A stretch of DNA of 32,000 nucleotides from Denitrificimonas caeni DSM 24390 (GTDB taxonomy: Bacteria > Pseudomonadota > Gammaproteobacteria > Pseudomonadales > Pseudomonadaceae), in NCBI RefSeq assembly GCF_000421765.1, contig NZ_ATXQ01000009.1, forward strand, positions 3,932-35,931, in the 5' to 3' direction. The notes under the pieces are model-generated. The model was not told where the DNA came from. It did not search any database and worked only from the letters and a program-made list of their open reading frames with translations. The position numbers and the translations under genes are program-made. Below, one piece after another: positions 10,856 to 19,808 of this stretch; the stretch's first letter is position 1, and every line of letters begins with the position of its first letter.

Positions 10856-11465
10856 GAAAGCCTCGTAGCTATCGTGAAAAGCAAAAAACCTCAAGATTAA
10901 CTATCTATTTTTAGCTGATTTTTCAAAGCTTGTTTCAAGCTTTAACTCTAAACCCATCCTTGAAAACAGGTTGATATCATCGCGAACATAGTCATCTATA
11001 AGCAGAAGCTTTTTGGGTGTATCAAGAGCAAGTTTAGCGAGTAGTTATATCTACCAGGTAGCAACCTGCAAACGCTAAAAACCACGCTCCACCAAATATT
11101 TTTGATAATATTTTGAAGGCTTGAGTAGCGTGGTAATTAATAAAAATAAGAAGAATAGCTACCGCTGATGTCAAAGCCAAAAATAAAAAGCCAAGCCAAA
11201 GATAATCGCTTGGGATTACGAATGAGTAACGCCGCGTACCTAGAATAATGATTCCTGTTGTATATCCAATGTAGGCATTATTGGCCATGGCTATAAGCAT
11301 CGCGATAGCAACTAAACGCAAAATTAATAACTTTCTACCTTTGAACGCTGGCACATGATCCATCTGCGCTATACCTAAAAAATTAATCAAAAATTCAGCA
11401 CGAGCTTACTAGAAGATCAATAACAAAAGCGAACAACACCATAGTTCAAGCTTTGTTTTTGCGAA
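10856..11465. other. AT-rich insert (sampled lines 27-42% GC against ~50-57% in the flanks) between mpg and the deaminase gene
   Basis: Hand counts on lines 11101, 11161 and 11221 gave 27%, 42% and 38% GC. Flanking coding lines sampled elsewhere gave 52-57%. The insert contains only one orphan membrane ORF. Confidence 0.55.
11034..11363 (-). CDS. Hypothetical small membrane protein (~109 aa, 3-4 predicted TM helices), orphan, low GC
   Basis: Contains the hydrophobic stretches LILRLVAIAMLIAMA, GIIILG, LWLGFLFLALTSAVAILLIFI and GGAWFLAFAGCYLV. The ATG at 11363 (MDHVPAF) is preferred over the TTG at 11390. No family recognised. Confidence 0.45.
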   Translation of the reverse strand: MDHVPAFKGRKLLILRLVAIAMLIAMANNAYIGYTTGIIILGTRRYSFVIPSDYLWLGFLFLALTSAVAILLIFINYHATQAFKILSKIFGGAWFLAFAGCYLVDITTR

Positions 11466-12038
11466 CTACTTTTGCACCGCACTCAACCCCTGCCAGTCTT
11501 CCAAATCTTGCTCAGGTTTTTCTGCGCGAAAACGAGCATACAGTTCAATGCCTTGTTGGTCTTCTAAGATATCCACCTGCACTCCTTGTTCCTGCAACAA
11601 CGCTTCAGTACCCAAGGCATTAGTGATATCTCCAACCACCACGCGGCTAAAACCACGCATATACACCAGCGTGGCACAGACAACACAGGGGCAGAGGCTG
11701 GTATAGAGGGTGGTCTGGCTAAAATCAATACGGCCTGCATCTCGAATCGCGGAGGTTTCGCCGTGATTATAAGGGTGGTTTTCTTGAGTCAGGGTATTAT
11801 GGCCTTTGCCGATGATTTTGTTGGTCGCGTTATTAACGATCACCGCACCAATTGGGCAACCACCTTCGTCATAACTTTTTTGCGCCAGCAACACAGCGAT
11901 AGCCATGAAATCAGCATCAGTTAAGTGTGAGGAAAAGTCATCATCCATTAGAACTCGCAGACTTGCGGTTGGCATATGAGCAATAGCTCTGAAGGCTTGC
12001 TCGGTTTTTGCTGTGTGCTTATCTAAAAGAGTCTTCAT
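11466..12038 (-). CDS. CDA-fold zinc deaminase, yeast Fcy1-like (putative cytosine/nucleoside deaminase)
   Basis: Zinc ligand motifs HGE (NHGETSAIRDAG) and PCVVC are present. It is collinear with S. cerevisiae Fcy1 as I recall it: EGGCPIGAVIVNN..IGKGHN vs EGGVPIGGCLINN..LGRGHN, TTLYTSLCPCVVC vs TTLYTTLSPCDMC, and a C-terminal PEQDLEDW vs PQDWFEDI. It has about 40 extra N-terminal residues. The start is ambiguous (GTG 12047 or ATG 12038). Confidence 0.7.
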   Translation of the reverse strand: MKTLLDKHTAKTEQAFRAIAHMPTASLRVLMDDDFSSHLTDADFMAIAVLLAQKSYDEGGCPIGAVIVNNATNKIIGKGHNTLTQENHPYNHGETSAIRDAGRIDFSQTTLYTSLCPCVVCATLVYMRGFSRVVVGDITNALGTEALLQEQGVQVDILEDQQGIELYARFRAEKPEQDLEDWQGLSAVQK

Positions 12039-12197
12039 AGTTGTCACTAAAGTTTGGCTTCAGACGAGATTACCATCACCGATATAGTCTGTCTTAATAT
12101 CCAAAATCACAGCACAACGCTAACTGCAGTAATGAGTGCAGTGAAGCACAAAAAGGCATACCTGCTTGTACTTCACCACTCGCTCTAAAGCTGCTAA

Positions 12198-13238
12198 TTA
12201 CTGCTCTTCAGGCCCAACTTGAATCACTAATTTGCCAAAATTACTGCCCTGTAATAAGCCAATAAAGGCTTCTGGTGCATTGGCGAGCCCGGTTACAAGG
12301 TCTTCACGATAGGTGATTTGCTGGTTAGCTAACCATTTTTGCATATCGGCACTAAACTCTGGATAACGCGGCGCATAATCATCAAAAATGATAAAGCCTT
12401 GCACGGTTAAGCGCTTGATCAAGATTGTGCTCATCAGCAGCGCTAAACGATCAGGACCTGGTGGCAAAGCGGTCGCGTTATAGTTGGCAATGACACCGCA
12501 GACTGGAATACGTGCTTTGGTATTGAGTAACGGCAGGACGGCATCAAAGACTTTACCGCCAACGTTCTCATAGTACACATCAATGCCTTGCGGGCAGGCT
12601 TGCGCCAATTGCTGAGCAAAGTCTGGCGCATGGTGATCAATACAGGCATCAAAACCTTGCACTTCAACCGCGTAACGGCATTTTTCAACCCCGCCAGCAA
12701 CACCCACAACACGGCAGCCTTTGATCTTAGCGATTTGCCCAACGGTAGCGCCAACCGGCCCAGTCGCTGCCGCCACCACAAGGGTCTCACCTGCTTTAGG
12801 TTTACCAATATCAAGCAAACCCATATAGGCGGTAAAGCCTGGCATGCCAAGAATACCCAAAGCACAAGATGGATTTTTCGGTGCTTGGCCAAGCGGCATT
12901 AAATCTGTGCCATCACTGAGCGCATAATCTTGCCAACCGCTATTGGCTAAGACCCAATCACCTTTGGCAAATTTTGCATGTTTTGACTCCACCACACGGC
13001 TGACCACAGCGCCGACCATAACACCATCAACGGCGACCGGCTCAGCATAGGATGGGCCATCACTCATGCGACCACGCATATACGGATCAAGGGATAAATA
13101 CACTGTACGCAGCAACACCTGACCGTCTGCTGGGGTCGGAATGGCTTGCTCTTCAAGACGGAAGTTAGCTGGCGTTGGTGCACCATGCGGGCGCGAAGCC
13201 AGAACGACACGGCGATTACTCTGAGTAGATTGGGTCAT
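12198..13238 (-). CDS. curA: NADPH-dependent enone/curcumin reductase (MDR superfamily, CurA/YncB-like)
   Basis: Near-collinear with E. coli CurA as recalled: VLASRPHGAP.P.NFRLEE, VLLRTVYLSLDPYMRGRMSD, LGMPGFTAYMGLLDIG.PK.GETLVVAAATGPVGATVGQI and YYENVGGKVFDAVLPLLN. AGGAG lies 8 nt upstream of the ATG. Confidence 0.9.
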   Translation of the reverse strand: MTQSTQSNRRVVLASRPHGAPTPANFRLEEQAIPTPADGQVLLRTVYLSLDPYMRGRMSDGPSYAEPVAVDGVMVGAVVSRVVESKHAKFAKGDWVLANSGWQDYALSDGTDLMPLGQAPKNPSCALGILGMPGFTAYMGLLDIGKPKAGETLVVAAATGPVGATVGQIAKIKGCRVVGVAGGVEKCRYAVEVQGFDACIDHHAPDFAQQLAQACPQGIDVYYENVGGKVFDAVLPLLNTKARIPVCGVIANYNATALPPGPDRLALLMSTILIKRLTVQGFIIFDDYAPRYPEFSADMQKWLANQQITYREDLVTGLANAPEAFIGLLQGSNFGKLVIQVGPEEQ

Positions 13239-13259
13239 ATAGAACTCCTAGAAATACAA

Positions 13260-14417
13260 TTAAAGACTGGCTTCAAGCACCCGACGGCTCACCGCCAGAT
13301 CAATATCCTGATGCTCGCCCAACTTTGTCATTGCGTGCTGTTCGAGTTGTTTCAGTGCCGCGTCAACGGCCGCTTGCTCAAGACCATAATCTTTCAGACG
13401 GGTTTTCACGCCAAGGGTTTCAAAAAACGCACGCGTATTTTCAATCGCAGCGTCAATACGCTGCTCGTCATCACCGTCACGCAGATTCCACACACGCTCA
13501 GCGTATTGCAATAACTTCTCGCGCTTGGCGACGCGACGCTCGTGCATCATTGAAGGCAAAATCACAGCTAAGGTTTGCGCATGGTCAAGACCATATAACG
13601 CAGTAAACTCATGGCCGATTAAGTGCGTTGACCAGTCTTGCGGCACACCTGCACCAATCAAACCGTTCAAGGCCATAGTAGCAACCCACATCAGATTGGC
13701 ACGTACGTCATAATCATCAGGCTGACTCAGCGCCAATGGACCTTGCTCAACCAATGTTTGCAGCAAACCTTCAGCAAAGCGGTCTTGCACCGGCGCATTG
13801 ACTGGATAAGTTAAGTATTGCTCCATGACATGCACAAAGGCATCAACCACACCGTTGGCGACTTGGCGCTCAGGCAAAGTGAAGCTTTTGGCTGGATCTA
13901 AAATTGAAAATTTCGGGAAGACTAAGTTGCTATGGAACGGCAGCTTCGCTTGCAAAGACTTACGGGTAATGACGCTGCCGTTATTCATTTCTGAACCAGT
14001 TGCCGCGAGGGTCAATACTGTCCCTATTGGCAGCGCTGCTTTGATATCACTGCCACCGCTGAGCAAAATATTCCAAGGCTCATCCGCATAAGGCACAGCG
14101 GCGGCAACAAACTTAGCGCCATCAATCACTGAACCACCACCAACGGCCAATAAGAAATCAATCTTCTCATCGCGAGCAATCTGCACGGCTTCCATCAGTT
14201 TTTCATAGGTTGGATTGGCTTCAACACCGCCAAACAAATGCACCTGACGCTCACCCAGTGCTACTTTCACTTCATCTAAGGTGCCTGTGCGTTGCGCACT
14301 TTGCCCACCATACAGCACCATTACTTTGGCATCGGCGGGCACGAAACTGTCGAGTTTAGCGATACGGCCTTTGCCAAAGCTGATGTGGGTAGGGTTGTAA
14401 AAATCAAAATTAAGCAT
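13260..14417 (-). CDS. yqhD: NADPH-dependent aldehyde reductase, iron-containing alcohol dehydrogenase family (YqhD-like)
   Basis: Collinear with E. coli YqhD as recalled: FLLAVGGGSV.DG.KF, LPPRQVANGVVDAFVH..EQY, DVRAN.MW.AT.ALNGLIGAGVPQDW.TH..GHE.TA..GLDHAQTLA and LLQYAERVWN. It ends 21 bp upstream of curA, so the two are probably co-transcribed. Confidence 0.92.
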   Translation of the reverse strand: MLNFDFYNPTHISFGKGRIAKLDSFVPADAKVMVLYGGQSAQRTGTLDEVKVALGERQVHLFGGVEANPTYEKLMEAVQIARDEKIDFLLAVGGGSVIDGAKFVAAAVPYADEPWNILLSGGSDIKAALPIGTVLTLAATGSEMNNGSVITRKSLQAKLPFHSNLVFPKFSILDPAKSFTLPERQVANGVVDAFVHVMEQYLTYPVNAPVQDRFAEGLLQTLVEQGPLALSQPDDYDVRANLMWVATMALNGLIGAGVPQDWSTHLIGHEFTALYGLDHAQTLAVILPSMMHERRVAKREKLLQYAERVWNLRDGDDEQRIDAAIENTRAFFETLGVKTRLKDYGLEQAAVDAALKQLEQHAMTKLGEHQDIDLAVSRRVLEASL

Positions 14418-14459
14418 GTATAAGTAACTCCTGTTGAGTGGTCACGACGACCAATAGAT

Positions 14460-14474
14460 TAGACCGGTCGTCTA
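14460..14474. promoter_or_regulatory. NemR-box-like palindrome TAGACCGGTCGTCTA in the yqhD promoter
   Basis: TAGAC-N5-GTCTA inverted repeat located 43 bp upstream of the yqhD ATG. On the minus strand it sits between a candidate -35 (TTGCAT) and overlaps a candidate -10 (TCTAAT, 17-nt spacer). A near-identical copy is at 15127-15141. An extra inverted repeat GACGACC (14446-14452) / GGTCGTC (14466-14472) overlaps it. Confidence 0.6.
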
Positions 14475-14520
14475 TTTTTAATGCAAAAATACCTACCTGC
14501 TGCAGGCACATGCGTTGTCA

Positions 14521-15105
14521 CTAATTCAGTAAAACCTTCCGGGTCATTTGCATCGCTTGCTCCATTGGCAAGCTATTACGATGCAATTTCGCCAATAAAC
14601 TGGCACCTAACCATAATTGATAGAGCATCACTGCGGTTGCCGTTGCATCTGTAACAGTCAATGAACCATCCACTTGCCCAGCACGTATACAGTCTGCGAG
14701 TTGTGCAATGACCTTGTCAGTGCCATCACGCAAGGTCAAGCGCATCGCTTCAGATAAATCAGCGACTTCTGCGCTTAACTTCACAACTAAACATTTTTGA
14801 TCATCGCTCGCGCTGCTATTGCATAGCAACCATTGCTGCCAATAGCCTAACAAACGCTCGGCTGCAGGTGTGCGCGAATCATTAAAACGTAGCTTTTGTG
14901 CATCTAAATAAGTAGAAAAATAAGCCTCAAGTACCGCTTGGCCATACAATTCTTTCGATGCAAAGTAGTGATAAAACGAACCCTTAGGCACACCGGCAGT
15001 GCGCAGGATTTCATTTAAGCCCACACCAGAAAAACCTTTAGCAGCCATAATTTGATGGCCGATTTCGAGTAAATGCTGGCGGGTATCGGTATAAGTCGTT
15101 TTCAT
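14521..15105 (-). CDS. TetR-family transcriptional repressor, NemR-like (electrophile-responsive type)
   Basis: MKTTYTDTRQHLLEIGHQIMAAKGFSGVGLNEILRTAGVPKGSFYHYFASKE aligns closely with E. coli NemR as recalled (..HDTREHLLATGEQLCLQRGFTGMGLSELLKTAEVPKGSFYHYFRSKE). By that alignment the start is ATG 15105 rather than the track's TTG at 15123. Confidence 0.85.
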   Translation of the reverse strand: MKTTYTDTRQHLLEIGHQIMAAKGFSGVGLNEILRTAGVPKGSFYHYFASKELYGQAVLEAYFSTYLDAQKLRFNDSRTPAAERLLGYWQQWLLCNSSASDDQKCLVVKLSAEVADLSEAMRLTLRDGTDKVIAQLADCIRAGQVDGSLTVTDATATAVMLYQLWLGASLLAKLHRNSLPMEQAMQMTRKVLLN

Positions 15106-15125
15106 GATTGTTAGAATAATCAAAA

Positions 15126-15142
15126 CTAGACCAGTCGTCTAG
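15126..15142. promoter_or_regulatory. NemR-box-like palindrome CTAGACCAGTCGTCTAG upstream of the TetR gene (autoregulatory operator candidate)
   Basis: 6-bp arms CTAGAC/GTCTAG with a 5-nt spacer, lying 21-37 bp upstream of the TetR ATG. It differs from the 14460-14474 copy at a single central base. Confidence 0.6.
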
Positions 15143-15300
15143 TAAAATATTCGCAGTACGTCATTACTTCTTTTTAAGACTGCTAGCAGATCGCACAAAA
15201 AACCTAGCCCAGCGCAAGAAAAGTGCGAACAATTCTCTCAAGCCGCAGATGACTACAGCTATACTTTCTGTCCGTATTTTCTTCACTCAAAGGATTAATC

Positions 15301-15705
15301 ATGCAAATACTACGCAACGGCTTGTTCATGCTACTTACCGCAGCTCTGCTGATTGCTTGCTCATCCAGCAACTCGCCAGAAAAAGTTGCTAAAGAGTATA
15401 TTAATGCTGTGCTGGCCAATGATATTGATGGCCTGATGAACACTTTATACATTCCCGCCGATGCCCATAAAGACCAAGAAACATTAATGCGCGGCAAGCT
15501 CACCATGATGCTCGCAGAAGCCAGCACACGAGTTATCAGTCAAGGCGGCGTGAAAGAAGTGACGTATTCAAAGCCTGAATACAATGCTGAGAAAACCCGC
15601 GCCACCATGGCCGCAACGATTCACTACAAAAAAGATAACGCGCCGAAAAAAGAAGAAACCATTGTCTTGGTCGATACCAAAGATGGCTGGAAAGTCTCAC
15701 TGTAA
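15301..15705 (+). CDS. Lipoprotein of unknown function (DUF4878-like)
   Basis: Signal peptide with lipobox LLIAC|SSS. The mature protein starts SNSPEKVAKEYINAVLANDIDGL, a pattern I associate with DUF4878 lipoproteins. AAGGA lies upstream of the ATG. Confidence 0.7.
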   Translation: MQILRNGLFMLLTAALLIACSSSNSPEKVAKEYINAVLANDIDGLMNTLYIPADAHKDQETLMRGKLTMMLAEASTRVISQGGVKEVTYSKPEYNAEKTRATMAATIHYKKDNAPKKEETIVLVDTKDGWKVSL

Positions 15706-15735
15706 AATCTGCAACGTCAGAATTGCGAGCACGGC

Positions 15736-16383
15736 ATGCTGAAAGTTTTTAGCCATAGAGGGTCGCGCACTCTATCTATTACGCTATTGCTTGCCGCAAC
15801 ACTGGGTTTGAGCGCTACGTTGTATATCGCTCAAACTCCAGCTGCTCGCACTGCGCTACCGACCCATGAGCTGCCACCTTTAGCAGTCGGTGACTGGGTA
15901 TTTCGCTCAGGCACATCCAGAGAAAGTCATCTCATCCAAACGCTGAGTAACAGCGATTTTTCACACATCGGTATGGTCGTCAGCCTGCACCCCGAACCCA
16001 TAATAGTGCACGCCACTACCGATGATGATCCACAGCGTAGCAACCAAGTTTTAAGCTCAACACTAAACGAATTTATAGACCCACAATTGGCTGGCAGCTT
16101 TGCGATTGCACGACCTACGTTTGTCCGCGCAGAAGAACAACAGCAGGCTGCGCTATGGTTATCGAAACAGCTGCGCAAGCCCTTTGTGTTAGCCGATCGC
16201 AGTCATCCGCACTTGTATTGCACGACGCTACTGGTCGATGCCTTGCAGCATACAAAGAAGCCTTTCCAACCTGCTTGGCAAAAAATTAACGCACCAATGT
16301 TCAGCGGCGAATATTTATTCCCGCAAGCCTTTGCTGATTACCCAGATATTGAGTGGCTATACCGCTCTAAGCTTTCCAAATAA
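15736..16383 (+). CDS. YiiX/Peptidase_C92-like permuted papain-fold (NlpC/P60 superfamily) protein with N-terminal signal/anchor
   Basis: Contains GDWVFRSG, a His motif FSHIGMVV, then IVHAT, and later the Cys motif LYCTTLLVDAL. The His-before-Cys order is typical of the permuted family. A hydrophobic N-terminus is present. It starts 30 bp after the lipoprotein gene. Confidence 0.55.
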   Translation: MLKVFSHRGSRTLSITLLLAATLGLSATLYIAQTPAARTALPTHELPPLAVGDWVFRSGTSRESHLIQTLSNSDFSHIGMVVSLHPEPIIVHATTDDDPQRSNQVLSSTLNEFIDPQLAGSFAIARPTFVRAEEQQQAALWLSKQLRKPFVLADRSHPHLYCTTLLVDALQHTKKPFQPAWQKINAPMFSGEYLFPQAFADYPDIEWLYRSKLSK

Positions 16384-16487
16384 TACTTCTGTCGGAGATT
16401 AATACTGCAAGGATCAGTCGCGGGTATGACTCGCTCATACGGAGGCTTGCGCGTGCTGTTTTTGGCAGGGTTAGATTGCTGGGCTCA

Positions 16488-16587
16488 ATTGCGGGCGGGC
16501 CGCCCGCGCTCCCAGTGCAGTATAGAACCAGAATAGCCAATGACAGACCCCACTCCTTGTACGAGCGGGCCATGCCCGCGACTACGC
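16488..16587. repeat. Inverted pair of Pseudomonas-type REP elements in a convergent intergenic region
   Basis: REP2 (16555-16587) reads CCTTGTACGAGCGGGCCATGCCCGCGACTAC. The reverse complement of REP1 (16488-16520) reads CTGCACTGGGAGCGCGGGCGGCCCGCCCGCAAT. Both have the GAGCGGGC-loop-GCCCGC stem typical of Pseudomonas REPs. About 35 bp separates them. Confidence 0.75.
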
Positions 16588-16692
16588 TCTTAGCGCAAGC
16601 AACACTACCCTCTGCACAAAATAAGCCGCCCACGTGCAACGCACGTAGGCAGCAATAAAGCCAACAGACACCTTCCCGCAGACACCGCCTGC

Positions 16693-17988
16693 TTAGCGCA
16701 TTTGGAAATACTCTTTATGGAAGTTGCGGGCTGGGCAGCCTAATTCCTGCATGCCCTTTTGCAAAGCATCGGCAAAACCTTGTGGACCACAAAACCAGAC
16801 TTGGGTCTTGGCTGATTGCGCCTGTAAGGCCTGCTCAGCACATAAATGTCCCTGCTGATCGCTGTAATGCAGATGCAAAGTAATACTTGGTAAGTTAGCC
16901 GCCAGATGTTGCAACTGCTCTGCAAATAATGCTTCTTGGGCATTATTCACGCAGTAATACAGGGTGGCCTTCGGCGCGTGCTGCGGTGTGGCTTGCAATG
17001 CTTGCAGCCAAGCAATAAAAGGCGTCACACCAATCCCGGCACCAATCCAAACTTGCTCGTCTTTACCACCCAGTTGCAGATCAAAACAACCATAAGGCCC
17101 TTCCACAGCAACAGAGCGGCCGGCATCTAATTCTGTTTGCAGACGAGTGGTGTAATCACCCAACGCCTTAATCGCAAAAGTGACCTGACCATTACCTTGG
17201 TCAGCACCGCACACGGTAAAAGGATGCGCGCCTTCAAAACGATCAAACGTCAGAAAGGCAAACTGTCCAGGTTTGTGCGTCCAGCTTTTCGGTAGCTGAC
17301 AGGTCACTTCCAGCACTTCACCCTTGTGCTGTTTTACGCTTAAAACATGGCCTTGATAACGACGAGCACGACCAATCTGCCCAGTCAAGGCAATAAACGC
17401 TGCATACACACCGATAATCGTTGATACGGCTAGCAATAATCCGGCCGGCCCTGTCCACCAACCAGCAGGCGCTAACACCACACCGTGGAAAGCAATCACA
17501 AGATAAATAACCGCCAGTGCTTTATGCGCATAACGCCAGATGTGATAGGGGAAGCGCTGCCATAAGGTAATTACCAGCATGATGCCGAGTATCCACACCG
17601 ACCACTCACCAAGATCCTTAGCGGCACCGCGAAACATTTCTAAAAAGGTTTCAATACGCGGTTCTTTGACGCCTCGCTCAAAAAACACCAAGAGCAAGTC
17701 TTTCGACAGGTCCAATAAATAATGACTGAGCGCCAAAGCAATCGCCCAGATCCCCGCCCACTTATGCAAACGGTACATTTTGTCCAAACCATGTAAGCGT
17801 TTTTCCAGCCAACGCGGCCGAATCGCAAGCAGCATAATCAGCGACATCAAAACAAAAGAGCCCAGCCCAGTGACAAAGATCAACTGCTTACGCCACCACC
17901 ACACATCCATCGATGGGTTGTGTCCAAGTACTGTCATGCCCCAAGCGGCGAGTACCAACAGTGCCACTGCGTACATTATTTTTTTCAT
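16693..17988 (-). CDS. NOX/ferric-reductase-family membrane flavocytochrome (6-TM ferric reductase domain fused to an FNR-like FAD/NAD(P)H domain)
   Basis: There are two His pairs in TM helices with NOX-like spacing: HKWAGIWAIALALSH (13 residues between the His) and HKALAVIYLVIAFH (12 between). FAD motif HPFTV, NAD(P)H motif GAGIGVTPF and C-terminal motif FCGP are all present. ATG 17988 is preferred because GAGG lies upstream. Confidence 0.82.
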   Translation of the reverse strand: MKKIMYAVALLVLAAWGMTVLGHNPSMDVWWWRKQLIFVTGLGSFVLMSLIMLLAIRPRWLEKRLHGLDKMYRLHKWAGIWAIALALSHYLLDLSKDLLLVFFERGVKEPRIETFLEMFRGAAKDLGEWSVWILGIMLVITLWQRFPYHIWRYAHKALAVIYLVIAFHGVVLAPAGWWTGPAGLLLAVSTIIGVYAAFIALTGQIGRARRYQGHVLSVKQHKGEVLEVTCQLPKSWTHKPGQFAFLTFDRFEGAHPFTVCGADQGNGQVTFAIKALGDYTTRLQTELDAGRSVAVEGPYGCFDLQLGGKDEQVWIGAGIGVTPFIAWLQALQATPQHAPKATLYYCVNNAQEALFAEQLQHLAANLPSITLHLHYSDQQGHLCAEQALQAQSAKTQVWFCGPQGFADALQKGMQELGCPARNFHKEYFQMR

Positions 17989-18095
17989 CACCTTCGCCTC
18001 TAAAGATCCTGTGCTGGAGTCTACCGCGCGAGTCTTAACTGAAGCTTAATCAAGACATTGGCCAATTCTTGACTATATTAAACAGGCACACATAA

Positions 18096-19802
<1,707 letters not shown>

Positions 19803-19808
19803 TCAGCC

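Noticed and set aside
10901-11035. A 44-codon open frame (minus strand) reading ...KKLLLIDDYVRDDINLFSRMGLELK..., reminiscent of a response-regulator receiver N-terminus.
   Set aside because: It has no start codon, is only about 40 residues long, and the similarity is a short generic motif. It is kept only as a possible gene remnant within the AT-rich islet finding and is not called as a feature.
15204-15527. 107-aa minus-strand ORF overlapping the lipoprotein gene start.
   Set aside because: It is antisense to a gene with a clear signal peptide, lipobox and SD. It has no SD of its own and its composition is not protein-like.
16367-16658. 90-aa (minus strand) and 60-aa (plus strand) ORFs in the YiiX-like/NOX-like spacer.
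   Set aside because: Both span the REP doublet and consist largely of translated palindromic repeat sequence. Neither has an SD.
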